Shown in pieces: positions 13,085 through 26,100 of a DNA stretch of 64,000 bases; position 1 is the first letter of the stretch; every line of letters begins with the position of its first letter. The stretch comes from Azolla caroliniana (taxonomy: Eukaryota; Plantae; Polypodiophyta), in the NCBI GenBank assembly GCA_043228905.1, contig JBHGNT010000004.1:5766001-5830000 (forward strand), given 5' to 3'. Both the position numbers and the translations under genes were made by a program. Under the pieces are notes generated by a model, which saw only the letters and a program-made list of their open reading frames with translations, was not told where the DNA came from and did not search any database.

Positions 13085-13625
13085 CAAGTGGTTTATTATT
13101 GCTTTGAAGTGAAATCCATCTTCCGTGATATCATTTGATGGAAATATAAACCTCAATCTGATTTTAAGTTTGTTTACACAAGAATCAATTAATTTTACTG
13201 ATCAATTTACTAGCAGCAAATTCAATCTTAGCCATTGATTGACTCCTTGCTTCCAATATCCAAATGGTTTATTATTTTGCTTTGAAGTGAAATCCATCTT
13301 CCATGCGTCATTTGATGGGAATATAAATCTTAATCTGATTGTAAGTTTTTTGTTTACACAAGAATCAATTAATTTTACTGATCAATTTACTAGCAGCAAA
13401 TTCAATCTTAGCCATTGATTGACTCCTTGCTTCCAATATCCAAATGGTTTATTATTTTGCTTTGAAGTGAAATCCATCTTCCATGCGTCATTTGATGGGA
13501 ATATAAATCTTAATCTGATTGTAAGTTTTTTGTTTACACAAGAATCAATTAATTTTACTGATCAATTTACTAACAGCAAATTCAATCTTAGCCATTGATT
13601 GGCTCTTTACTTCCAATATCCAAAT
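13085..13625. repeat. Tandem array of a ~180-bp AT-rich unit, 3 copies
   Basis: The sequence lines starting at 13201/13381/13561, 13261/13441 and 13321/13501 are near-identical, giving a period of 180. The first copy is slightly more diverged. Confidence 0.95.
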
Positions 13626-15056
13626 ATATAATTTGGAGCAGCTCATAAAGCAAGAATTACAGCGGAATGGTTCCACAAGCTAATGGCTGGGACAGAAGAA
13701 CAATTAAACTCTATACATATGTGAACATAATTCAAGCTAAACATGATTTCTTAAAGAAGGGCTTTGGAGTTATCAATATTATATGTGATGCGTTCACAGA
13801 TAGAATTTGAACAATGTACTTGACTTGACATATCGACTGATGAAATGCTGACGAGAAGCATTTGATCTTTGTTTTTTGGACAACCAAAGTGAGCGACCAT
13901 AACAAATAGCCAATTGCAATACCATTGCAGCCATATAACCTAACATGTTCGGACACTTGCAAATGAAAAGGTGGATTCATCCAACCACGTTTTGCCATCC
14001 TCATACTCTTGAAAGGACAGTTACACTTGTACTCGTGATCTTGGAAGTATGAACTGCTTGTGGTACACATTACCACACTTTGCTCTAGTTAGACGCTGTC
14101 AAGGATGGGTAGCACATCTTCAAGTTGGATATATCCATTCTTATCTCTGCACATATATACACTCTCAACTTGCACATAGGAGGAGCCTTTACCAAATAAT
14201 ACATGTGACTCATGTCATAATACCCCTTACTCTTGTAATTTATTTTCCAGATTCGGTGACGAGTGAATATATGAATATAGACGAAACAAGATGATATAAA
14301 TATTACACATTCACATCATTGTTACATCAAGATGGATAAGTTATTATGCAAGACTTCTACAAATAAATAGATAAATTCAGCAATGGAATTCATTAGTAAC
14401 AAAGACATTGGGACAGAAGTTGAGATCACCATGAAATATACCAGTTGGAATCGGGAATGAATGATGGCAGTGTCCCAGTATGAAGCACAGCTTTCTCTCA
14501 TCAATTGATATATATATTATGCAAAGAATTCAGATAACTTGATTTTTAACTATGCCACAAAAACTGAATGTTTTTCATCGCGGGGAATGAATAAGTCAGT
14601 TAGGACGCAGTCCAACAACACATAATGGAATTCCAAGAAATCAAATCACTCCCGAAGACACTCTCCCAAACACATCCATTAGAACAATGGTGTCAGGGAA
14701 AGATAAAAAACTGATCCATAAAGACAATGGGAGTTAAACGCTATTCCATCCTAATCTCATGAATAACACCTTAAGGAATTTAAACAATATTCCATCCTAA
14801 CATTCTTCATTCAACATACATATATGTTGGGAGTGTGAGAAGAATTTATGCAATAACACATAGGCATCGCATCGACAATGAATTAGAATGAGTACATACA
14901 TAAACAATACGAAATTTCCGATGAACCTCAATAATGAGGATAGAGTGAGTACATATATACATTTTTTTATATATATAAAGAATGCAAATGAGTTGTTTCA
15001 CCTGTTCACCATAGCCATGGGCACCAACGCTACTTGTCCACCATACAAACCTTTAT

Positions 15057-15497
15057 TCAGTGATGCTTGAACGTGGATTGCCAGACACAGTACGCACATA
15101 CGAGCTTCTGCGAGATGTAGATATAGAGCGCGAACGAGATGCTCATGAGGATGACATCTTGTATATCTCCTTTTTGGCGAGGAGCCATGAGGTCTTTGAG
15201 CATGATGAGAAACCCACCCTTCTTCATCATCATCGTCTTCCCTTTCGTTGTCGTCTTCTTCTTCTTATTCTGAGGAGGAGGAGGAGGAGGAGGAGGAAGG
15301 GGAGGGAGCGGATTGTCTTCCTCTTTTCCACATGATAGTTTAATCTGATGGAGATGTCGTCGATCAGAAGAGGAGGAAGAAGATCTGAGAGCAATATAAT
15401 CTTGTCGATCGGAGGGACACAGTGATGAAGAAGAAGAAGAAGAAGAAGAAGAAGAAGGGGTGAGCTGGTGCGAGCAGAGGATCGGAGCAGAAGCCAT
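15057..15497 (-). CDS. Small uncharacterised plant protein (146 aa): Ser-rich transit-peptide-like N-terminus and C-terminal hydrophobic helix
   Basis: Intronless ORF MASAPILCSH...poly-Ser...poly-Pro...APRQKGDIQDVILMSISFALYIYISQKLVCAYCVW. The C-terminus resembles, from memory, a conserved land-plant uncharacterised membrane-protein motif. Plastid targeting is inferred from composition. Confidence 0.8.
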   Translation of the reverse strand: MASAPILCSHQLTPSSSSSSSSSSSLCPSDRQDYIALRSSSSSSDRRHLHQIKLSCGKEEDNPLPPLPPPPPPPPQNKKKKTTTKGKTMMMKKGGFLIMLKDLMAPRQKGDIQDVILMSISFALYIYISQKLVCAYCVWQSTFKHH

Positions 15498-16343
15498 ATC
15501 CGTCTGAAACAGAGCAGAGCAGAGTAGAGCAGAGCGATTTGGTTTCACACTGAGCCCCTCCTTGCCCAATAACATCGTTTCCACACATCTTTAACACTTG
15601 GGTCATTAGAAAGAAAGAAAGAAAGATCTATTAACTTCTTCTAAGACCAAATTTGGCCCATGAGAGGCCATTTGGGTTCGTGTTGCATCGATCAGAGCGC
15701 TACTTCTGACTCTTATCTCAAATGCTCCCGCTCCGCACACATTGTTCTCAATCCGCTCATCTTCATCACCACCACCACCATCATCATCATCTCATGCCCC
15801 TGTAATAGCTAGCTACGTTTGTTTCTTGGGTCTGTGCCTCTTCGATATCCGTACATCCTAATTGCCCCTGCTTGATCCCTGCCTCTTTTATATGTGTATG
15901 CCCCTACACCTGCTCCCAACATGCAAGCTTAATGATATTGGATTTTGGGATTAATGACTCTTTTGCGGGCATGCCATTGTTTACTATTATTATATGGTTT
16001 TCCCTTTTTAGGAAATCATGCGAGATTGGAGACTTTATATAGATTTTTCTAGAGTCATGCAACTTATTGTAATGAGGAACTGATGATGACTAGCAATAAG
16101 TTATTATGGACTTGCTCATTCACTACAACATTTGTACAAAGACTAAGTGCATCTCTTTCTCACAGATTTCCTGGCCAAAGGTTTGGGAAGCACCGTATCC
16201 AACAATGCCTATTTTCTCCAATGGACAAGATTTTGGTCACTCTAGACCATTTTGATGGCCCACAATAGTAAGGTCTTTGATCGAAACCAACTACATGAAG
16301 TTAGCTTCTTTGAGCAATCCCTTAGGCAATCTCTATATGATTG

Positions 16344-19300
16344 TGTAAAAACAAATAGCGTGCGGAAGCAATAAAAAACAGAAAACAGAGAACAAGTTTA
16401 ATGGAGAGCTTAACAGTACGCGGTAGAGACAGAGAGAGCAGAGCAAGAATCTCTATTCAAAAATTATATCAACACTCTGTACATCGTATGTGTTCAACGA
16501 ACACTTTTATACAACTCCATACGGACTGACAGAAGTACGATGTACTTCAATGCTCACTTGAGCGTCTGACACTAACTACGACAATAATAACTCCCTAGTA
16601 GTCTAGCTGCTACTAGGCTTCCGATTACTGATGGATCTGGCTAACCGGCTCCCCAACTCACCGACTCTTTTGCTCACCGGGTGCTCACCGGCTCATCGAT
16701 CCGTCTTGCTCATTGGCTCACCGATCCGTCTCGCTCACTGGCTCAGGCTTATCCAGCTGATCCGGCTCCAATTGAGCTTGCCACTCAACACTCCCCCTCA
16801 AGCTCAACTTGAGGTCCCGTCGTAGTGTCAACATCTGTGGCAACCGGTCCTTCTACCCGGCACCTTTTGGCGTCACTCCGCCTTGCTCGCGCTCCTTGTT
16901 CGGTTCGGTTCTGTTTGCTGCGACCCCTCTTGTTCTGCGCACCTCGTCCTCCTCGGTCGGCTTGTCTGCTCAATATGCCTAATTCAGCTCCCTCGCTATT
17001 GTGACTTCGGCGCATGGCGGTTCGCCGATTCCTTCATGTTGGCGTTGACTTTTGCTGCCTTCTCGTCCTCTTGGCCTTGAATTGATCCGGTTCTTCCGAA
17101 TCTGTCTGTTGAACCGAATCGACTGTCTCCGATTTGTTCTAGCTCTTGTCCGAATCAGTTGCTCCCGATTCGTCTTTTGGTTCCAGGCCCTTCACCACAT
17201 TGGACCATGTCCGGGTCTTGGCCTTCTTCTTCCGGTCGGCTCTGTCCTTCTTGACTCTGCTGCCGCTGCCGCTTGTTCCGACTTGTTCAGATGTGTCGAC
17301 TTCCTTTGTCGACTCGACTCCTTTCTTCTTCTTGATTCTCCCTTCGTTGGTTCTTCCCTCACCGACGCAATCGGCAGTCTCTTTGCCTTTGCCCGTTCCG
17401 GTGTCTTTGCCCGTTCTCCCTCTCAAGTGTGGCACATCAAGATGCTGAACACCAAGCATTTCGGTGAAGTGCTGCAACTTGTCCGATCCAAGTGGTTTGG
17501 TGAAGATGTCGGCAACTTGCCGATCCGTGTGAACATACCAAAGTTCAACCTCACCGCTCAGGACATGCTCACACACGAAGTGATAGTGCACTTCTATGTG
17601 CTTTGTGCGAGCATGGAATACAGGGTTCCTGGCAAGCTGCATGCTTCTTATGTTGTTGCAGTAGATCAGAATTGGGGTCGGTACCTCAATCCATAGGTCT
17701 TGTAGCAGTCGCCGAAGCCAAATGGCTTCACAGGTGGCAATGGTAGCGCCCCGATACTCAGCCTCAGTGCTCGACGGAGCAACTGTTGGCTGCTTTTTGC
17801 TGCTCCACGCAACAGCCGCACTACCTAGGGAAAACATATAACCGGAGGTTGATCGGCAATCTGATGCATCGCCGGCCTAGTCGGCATCTGTGTAACCGAC
17901 CAGCTCTTCGGTTATACCTCGCCGGTATAACAATCCCCGGTCCTTCGTGCTGCTCACATACCGCAGTATTCGGTGCACGCATTGAAGATGCTCTACGGTC
18001 GGCTTCTGCATGAATTGGCTAATCACACTGACCGGATAACTTATGTCGGGTCGGGTGATGGTCAAATATATAAGGCTTCCGACAATTTGTCAGAACCGTT
18101 TCTCATAATAGGTCGGTCCGGAGTTGGGACAGAGCTTCCGGTTCCAGTCCAAGGGTGTAGAGACAGGTCGGCATTTTGTCATGCCGAACTTGTACAACAT
18201 ATTCAACACATAGTGCCTTTGTGAGAGCAATATGCCGTCGGGGGTTCGGATCACCTCGATCCCAAGAAAATAATGAAGGTCCCCTAGGTCCTTCATCTCA
18301 TACGCATCCGACAACTGGGACTTGACTCGGCTGATTTCATCGAGTCCGGGTTCGGTGATGACTAGATCATCAACATACAACAAGATGCAACCAGTGTGTG
18401 ATCTTCGCATCCCAAGCTCGGGGGGCTTGCTTCAGGCCATAAAGTGACTTCTTCAACTAGCATACTGCTTACTTGTTCATCTCCGTCTGGAAACCGGGGG
18501 GTTGTATCATAAAGACCTCTTCTTCAAGATCTCCTTAAGAAATGCATTCTTCACATCCATCTGGTGAAGATGCCACCCCCTTGCCGCTGCAACCGCCAGC
18601 ACCACACGAACCGTCGTCATCTTGGCTACCGGAGCGAAGGTCTCGTCGTAGTCGATTCCGTGGGTCTGTGTGTATCCCTTCGCCACTAATCGGGCCTTGT
18701 ACCGGTTAACTGAACCGTCAGCGTTGTACTTTACCTTGTACACCCACTTGCATCCGATCGGTTTGCTGTGATGGGGAGGGTCAACCAGGTCCCATGTATC
18801 GTTGGCATCAAGTGCCCGCATCTTTTCTTCCATAGCGGCACGCCAATGTGTGTCCTTTGCCGCTTCTACGTAGCTCTCTGGCTCACGTACTTCCGCCACC
18901 CTGGTCATGTACGCATAGTGATGCGCCATGTACTCATTGTACCCGTACCGCTTAACAGGTTCCTTCTGGCGGGTTGACTGGCGTAACCCACCGTTACCCG
19001 GTTTGAGGCGCTTCTTGGCCAATTCGGTCTTCGGTGCCGAAGAACCGTCATTTTCCTTTCTGGAGTCGAATCCGCTCCGATCTGACTCATCAATACCGGT
19101 TTCATAATCCGACATCTTCTTCTTCCCCTTCTCTTTGCGCGTGAACCATCTCCTCGGTTCCTTGCGCGGGGAGAGCACGACAGAGTCTTCACTACTCGCC
19201 GGTTCTTCTTCTGACTGGTCGGATTGACCCAATCTCTCGTTCGGCCCACTCAACCGAAACGCTTCCGGACTCTCTTCTTGAGTCCCAGATTCATTATTTT

Positions 19301-22168
19301 CTAACTGGACCAGTTCAGGTTCACTAGCCTCATCCTCCGGTATCGGGTCGGGGTCAGAAGTCGGAGCAGGTAAGGCATACCATGATGCCGTCTCATCAAA
19401 CTCAACATTGTGGCTAACTCAGACCTGCTTCGTCCGGGGGTTATAACACTTATACCCCTTTTGCTCATGTGAGTAGTCAACGAGGATGCATTTCTCTGAT
19501 TTTGCATCCAGCCTCCTCCGCTTCTCATCCGGCACATACACATATGCTATGCTGCCGAAAATCCGAAGGTGTCTCAAATTCGGCTTGCGCCCGAAATACA
19601 GCTCATGTGCGGACACCTTGTCACCGATCCAGTTTTGGATGTAGACGGCCGTCCGGACCGCCTCCGCCCAGTAGAAATGGGGCATGCTCTTCTCTTCCAG
19701 CATTGCCCTTGCCGCGTCGACAAGCGATCGGTTCTTCCTTTCGGCCACACCGTTTTGCTCCAGAGTGTATTTGCAGCTGAACTCTCTCCAAATTTCTGTT
19801 TGCTGCAGATAACTGTTGAATTGGCTGGAAAAATATTCTTTTCCACCATCTGACCGCATGCACTTGATCTTCCTCTCCGATTCCCGTTCCACCATGCTTT
19901 GGAGGTTCTGGAAACAATCGAATACCTCGCTCTTTCGCTCAATGAGGTAGATCCATGTGTGCCGGCTATAGTCATTGATGAAGGAGACGAAGTATCGACT
20001 CTTGCCAAGACTCACGTTCTGTGCTGGTCCCCATACATCCGAATGAATAAGGTTGAGCTTGTTACGATTACGATTTTGTTCGGCGGGGAATGGAAGCCGG
20101 TGTTGCTTCCCGAGTTGGCATGATTCACATACTTGGGCCTTCCGGCCACTAAACTTCGGCAAACCGAAAACAACTTGTTTCGTTTGCAAGTCTTGAAGCC
20201 GCTGGTAATTGACGTGGCCGATCCACTTGTGCCACAGGTCGATGTTCGATTCGACCTTCTGTCCTTTGGTGAACAAAGCGGTGCCGACGTCATTGGTGTC
20301 GAGGATGAACATCCTCACATCTCTGCGCTCTTGAGCGATAATCTGGCCCTCCTCCTCGATGAAGCACCCGAGGTGCGTAAACCGCACCTGCATTCCTTGG
20401 TCGACGATCTGTCTGACCGACACTAGGTTCTTTGTGATAGTTGGAACATGTAATACGTTCATCAGCTTCCCCCTCTATCTAACGTGGCTCGAAGAACTTC
20501 TCCGACATGCATGATTGGGTGAGGAGTGTCGTCTCCGGTTTCGACAACTCCTGGTTGTTCCGGTTTCTCCAAGAAGGAGAACCACTCTTTGTGGCTCGTC
20601 ATGTGATTTGACGCACCAGAATCAACGTACCACACTTCCTCCGATTTGGAAGTGGTCTTCTTCATCGAGTTTGCCTCGTGTTTCATCACCAAGGCTGGCC
20701 CCTTACCGGTCTTCCCGATTCCGGATCCTTTCGATCCTTGCACGTAGTGCGAGCTTTGCCGGTTCTCCCGATTGGTTTTGCCAGATCCAGATCTATCCGA
20801 ATCGGCACGCTTCTTCCAGCACTCGCTTTCTCTGTGGTCCTTTTTGCCACAGTACCAACATTTCGTGGTGGATTTGTCTTGCTGGTCTTTGGCTCCACCT
20901 TGACTTCCCCTGCTTGTGGAAGTCCCAAAACTGCTGTCGGCATGGTCTTTGTGCCGTCGGTCTTGCCCTTGCCGGCTGCCTCCATTGCGTGCCGACCCAC
21001 CTCGTCCACCACGCCCACGGGGCCGATCCGCCTCCGTGTACAACATCCGGTTGTCGGTGGGTGCACTTGTTGACGCACCGGCGTGGTTCTCCTCTACAAG
21101 GAGCATCGACTGTAAGTCAAAAAATGACGGCGTATTTTCCCTCGTACATACTGCTGTCCGGAAGGCTCGGAACTTAGATGCCAGGCCCCCAAGACAGACC
21201 TGTACCATCTCGTCTTGCTCTACAGTGACGTTGATAGAGGCAAGCGAGTCACAGATCTCTTTGATTCGGGCCGTGTAATCAACCACTGACATGTCCTTTT
21301 GTCGGACATTGCTCAACTCCTGTCGGAGTTGCAGCTTCCGGGCTGTAGTGCTTGCGGCGAACACCTTCTTCAGGTTTCCCCAAGCCTCTTTCGGCATCTT
21401 GGCATCTCGGACGTGGCTCAGCAGCTGGTCTTCGACACTGGACGCAAAGTAGTACATCACTCTGCTTAACGATTGTTCCCACACCGGGAAGTCCTTGTGT
21501 GCCACATTAGGTGCTGTGTCGTTAGCTCCGTCGACATAGCTCCACTAACCATGCCCAAGCAGGTACTGGTGCAACTTGTATGACCAAGATGCGTAGTTGG
21601 ATCTGTCGAGCTTCTCCACCGGAAGCGAGCTAGCCATTCCTCTATCCATTGGTTTTTTTTTTTCAGTTCTTTACAAAGGTTAGGTTTTCTTCTTGGGAAA
21701 GCGAATATCGGCTGCAGAGGTTCTCAACCCTCGCGCTCTGATACCATGTAAAAACAAATAGCGTGCAGAAGCAATAAAAAACAGAAAACAGAGAACAAAT
21801 TTAAAGGAGAGCTTAACAGTACGCGGGAGAGACAGAGAGAGCAGAGCAAGAATCTCTATTCAAAAATTATATCAACACTCTGTACATCGTATGTGTTTAG
21901 CAAACACTTTTATACAAGTCCATATAGACTGATAGAAGTACAATGTACTTCAATGCTCACTCGAGCGTCTGACACTAACTACGAGAGTAATAACTCCCTA
22001 GTAGTCTAGCTGCTACTAGGCTTCCGGTTACTGATGGATCCGGCTAACCGGCTACCCAAGTCACTGACTCTTTTGCTCACTGGGTGCTCACTGGCTCACC
22101 GATCCGTCTCGCTCACCAGCTCAGGCTTATCCAGCCGATCCGGCTCCAATTGAGCTTGTCGCTCAATA
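16344..22168 (-). mobile_element. Full-length decayed Ty1/Copia LTR retrotransposon (copia A)
   Basis: LTRs at 16344-16790 and 21747-22168. TSD GATTG at 16339-16343 and 22169-22173. PBS TGGTATCAGAGC (tRNA-iMet) at 21735-21746 and PPT TGAGGGGGAG at 16791-16800. Domain order gag (CWYCGKKDHRESEC), PR (WYVDSGASNHM), INT (HSDVWGP), RT (YVDDL), RH, with frameshifts. Confidence 0.97.
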
Positions 22169-22675
22169 GATTGTCTGCAACTTAGAGACATCACACTGTA
22201 AATTTACACTCTTTAATTTGAGTGCTTCGAAGTTCTTTGATGTCTGATTGACACTTGTATATTTCTCTTTATTCTTTGTGGGGTTTCATCTCTCATTGAG
22301 GTTTCCCACTAGTAATAAAAGTGTTACTAAAAAAAAGGACTAACAATAAGTTAGAGAAATCAAAGAAAACATTGGGCTTAAGTGTGTCTATTTAAGCCAT
22401 TCACCCTTGAGAAAAGGACAAGAGACGAATAAGAAACACCATGGCATCCCATACAACCAAATATAGCCTTGTATTATACCTCGGGGAGTCAATCAAAATA
22501 CAGACCCAAAATACAAAAATTTCGATTCATCAACAAAGTCTCTATGATGTCACGCTCAAGAGTGTTGTTAGTTGCTTTTATGTAGCTTGATCCTTAGGCT
22601 CCAAGATTGCCACATCTTGCTTTCTATGCCATGTCCTTATGGGTTGCTTCAAATCTTATGATTAGTCAATTCCCA

Positions 22676-22997
22676 CTTTTTTTTTCAAAGAAAGATGCAC
22701 TTTAGTATATTACTTGAAAATTGTACATAGAGAAAACAGAAGGTCAAGAAATTTCATCTCACTTCTATTGTGATACAAAGGCTAGTATGAGCATCTGATC
22801 AAACAAATGATGTCATATATTAAACAAGTAGAAAAATAAATATTAGCTCTGCAACATAAAAGAAGGTATGACATAATTCCACTATAGACCCGAAGTTGTA
22901 TCTGAAAATAAGTGAAGTCCTTGCCATCAATTCTTAAAGGCCACTTGTTGTTGCCATGGAACATTGGCCGAACCCTATAGATCATCATATTGACCAT
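22676..22997 (-). mobile_element. 3' end of an L1 LINE, same family as 4650-6175, cut by a Copia LTR
   Basis: Colinear with 4650-4970 (TTACTTGA..TGTACATA, ATTTCATCTCAC.TCTATTGT, GTATCTGAAAATAAGTGAAG, ATCATCATATTG.CCA), with a poly-T tail at 22676-22685. Confidence 0.85.
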
Positions 22998-23152
22998 TGT
23001 AAAAGAATAGCGTGCGGAAGCTAGTACACAAGACACAACCAACTCAGCCTGACACCACAAGACAATTAGGTATACATAGAGAGGGAGAAAGAGAGGGAGA
23101 GACTAAGTACAATAGATAACAAAAAATTACTATTCAAAATAATAGTTCTTAG

Positions 23153-26100
23153 TGTTGGGAAACATGTCCCTTTGGATGGGAAGAGAAGTACCGTGTTGGT
23201 GAGCATCTCAGCCAAGGCCGATAGGCCGAGGTCGAAACCAAAATCGAAAACCGAAATCGTTTCGGAAGACTATAATTGCAAATAAAAAAATGCCCCTTGG
23301 GGGCTATACTTGTAAATAGCCAGAAAGTTGCTTTTTGTTATAAGAAACTAGGGCAAAATTTAGTAAGTGTAGTTGATGATTATTGTAAAATTAGAACGAG
23401 GTAGTTGCCTCTATAATCGTGAGGGAGAGAGTGAGAGTGTAACTCTATAGTCATGTGTCAGATGAAGGAGAACTCGAGGTCGTTGCCTCCGAGTTCCATA
23501 TTTGTACTTCCTCTCTACTATAGTGATCTGTTTTTCTCGGGGTTTGTGAACCCCCGTGGTTTTTCCTATTTCGGTTTTCCACGTAAAATATTAGTGTCTC
23601 TGTGTCTTCACGTTTTTCGTCTATGTACTAGCACTTGATTTCTGCACATGAATACGAACACATAACCGGTTGTGGTTGATCGATTCCTAACAAAGTGGTA
23701 TCAGAGCGATGGAAGACTCGTTCGACGCCATGTTTAAGCTAACCGGCTCCAACTACTCAGTGTGGAAGCCGAAGATGAGAGACATGCGCGTGTGCAAAGA
23801 CCTCTGGCTGCTGGTGTAGTTCGGAAATATAAGACCAGACAAGATCGATGCAGCGACATGGGAAGTGTTGCATCTGAAGGTAGCCACATACATAAGGTGT
23901 TTTATAGACATGAGTTTATACAACAAATTCGGCGAAGAATCAGAAGCAGACATCCTATGGAAGAAGATCGGCGTGATGTTCGAAAACAAGAACGCCGTGA
24001 ACCGAGACTTAGTATTTCGAAAAATCGTGAGGCTCCGGTATCAGGATGGCTCCAGTATGGCGGAGCACATCAATGCCTTCCAAGGATTGATGAACCAAAC
24101 CACCTCTCTAGAAGTACCTTTGGCCGACAGGGTATTAGCATTGTTGTTGCTGGGATCCCTTCCGGACAATTGGGAGACGCTCGTTGTCACTTTGGGCAAT
24201 GCCGGGCCGGAAGGGAAGCATCTATCCCTAGAGTAGGTGAAGTCGAGCTTGCTAAATGAAGAAGCTCGCCGGAAGGATCGTGAGTCCAATACCGACCAAA
24301 AGGCCTTAGTCACGGAAGGTGACACGATGTGGGGAAGAGGCTGAAATCGAAGTCCTCAAAACCGAGATAAGTCAGGGACCATGTTGAAGTCGAGGGGGAG
24401 ACCCACGTGCTTCTATTGTGGACAGTGGGGGCACTTCCAGAAAAACTGCCGACACTTTCGAAAGGAGAAAGGGGAAGCTGATGGTGTAGATCCGAAGAAA
24501 ATCCCGGACAGGAAGAACACCTCAACAATCACTGTGAGTGAGGAGGAGTTGTTGCTCATCAGTGAGCAAACAAAATGAATCTCGTAGGCGAAGAATCGAC
24601 ATGGGTGATGACTGTAGCTGGAAGTTGTGGGTTTCTGTGGTGAAGATGAAGGACCAAGTGTTATCTGTCTTCAAAGAGTTCCAAGTGAGGGCCAAGAGAG
24701 AAACCGGTTGAAAACTGAAGGTAGTCCGAGCGGACAATGGTGGAGAGTACCGTGGACCGTTTGAGGAATATTGCTGAAATCAAGGAATCCGGCTCGAGTA
24801 TACCGTGCCGAAGACACCGGAGCTAAATGGGCTGGCCGAGAGAATGAACCGGACTGTAATGGAAAGGGTCCGAAGTATTCTTGTGCATGCTAAGTTACCG
24901 AAGTTGTTTTGGGCTGAGGCGTTGATGACGACATCATACGTGATAAATTGATCACCCTCAGTACCTTGGACGGTGATATTCCATAAAGAGTGTGGAGTGG
25001 CAAAGATGTAGCGTATCGACATTTGAGGGTGTTCGACTGTCTTGCTTATGTGCATGTGGCAAAGGACCAGAGGGGGAAGTTGGACCCGAAATCTCGGCCA
25101 TGCATATTTCTCGGCTACGACAATGATGAATTTGGCTATCGGCCATGGGAGTTAGCCGAGAAGAAAGTGATTAGGAGCTGTGACATTGTCTTCATGGTGG
25201 AAAAGACAATGTTGACTAGGAGATTGAGAGTAAGTCTCCAACTACCGAATCGAACCGAGTCGACGCTCGGCCAAATCGAGTAGAAGCCGAATCGACCGAA
25301 ATCGAATCCGGGCCAGTCGGCCGAGTTAATACTCAGCAAAATCGAGAACTGATTGAAGAATGAAGGGAAACAATTGAACAAGGAACGTAATTTGAATCAA
25401 CCGAAGAAGTCGAAGAAGAACCGACTGTGCCGAATGGAGGCTGAAGATTTTCAGAATAAGAAGGGTGTCTATTTTGACAAAATATTTGCCCCAGGCATAA
25501 AGATGACGTCAATCCGAACTGTGCTGAGCATCACGGCCAACATGGATCTCGAAGTCGAGCAATTGGATGTTAAGACGACGTTTCTACATGGTGATATCGA
25601 AGAGAAGTTCTATATGCACCATCCGAAAGGATTTGTGGAGAAAGGTAAAGAGAACCTAGTATGCCGATTAAGGAAGAGCTTGTATGGGTTAAAGAAGCAC
25701 CTCGGCAATGGTATCGAAAATTCGAATCCTTCAGGACCGACAACGAGTACCACAAAACGCTGGCGGATCACTCCATATTTGTGAAGAAATTCGACGGAGG
25801 AGATTTCCTCATCCTCCTATTGTACGTGGATGACATGCTGATTGTTAGACGGGACCATACTAAGATCTGAGTGCTGAAGAAGGCTTTGAGCTGATCATTC
25901 TCGATGAAGGATATGTGTCCGACAAAGCAAATCTTGGGGATGCGCATTGTTCGGGATCGAACAAAGAAATTGTTGTGGTTGTCACAAGAAAAATATGTGA
26001 TAAAGGTGCTCCAGAGATTCGGCATGGAAAGCGTGAAACCAGTCGGCTCGACACTGTTGACGAACTGCAAGCTAAGCAAAGAACAATGTCCGAAATCAAA

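Noticed and set aside
13732-14504. Short ORFs between the two genes
   Set aside because: No recognisable motifs or consistent exon chain; probably UTR or intergenic sequence.
15498-15584. Longer 175-aa version of the minus-strand gene
   Set aside because: It starts at a non-ATG codon and crosses (CTCTG)n leader repeats. The ATG at 15497 gives a typical MAS- transit-peptide start.
17052-21482. Numerous antisense ORFs over copia A (and similar ones over other elements)
   Set aside because: They are shadow frames of GC-rich retroelement coding sequence without independent motifs.
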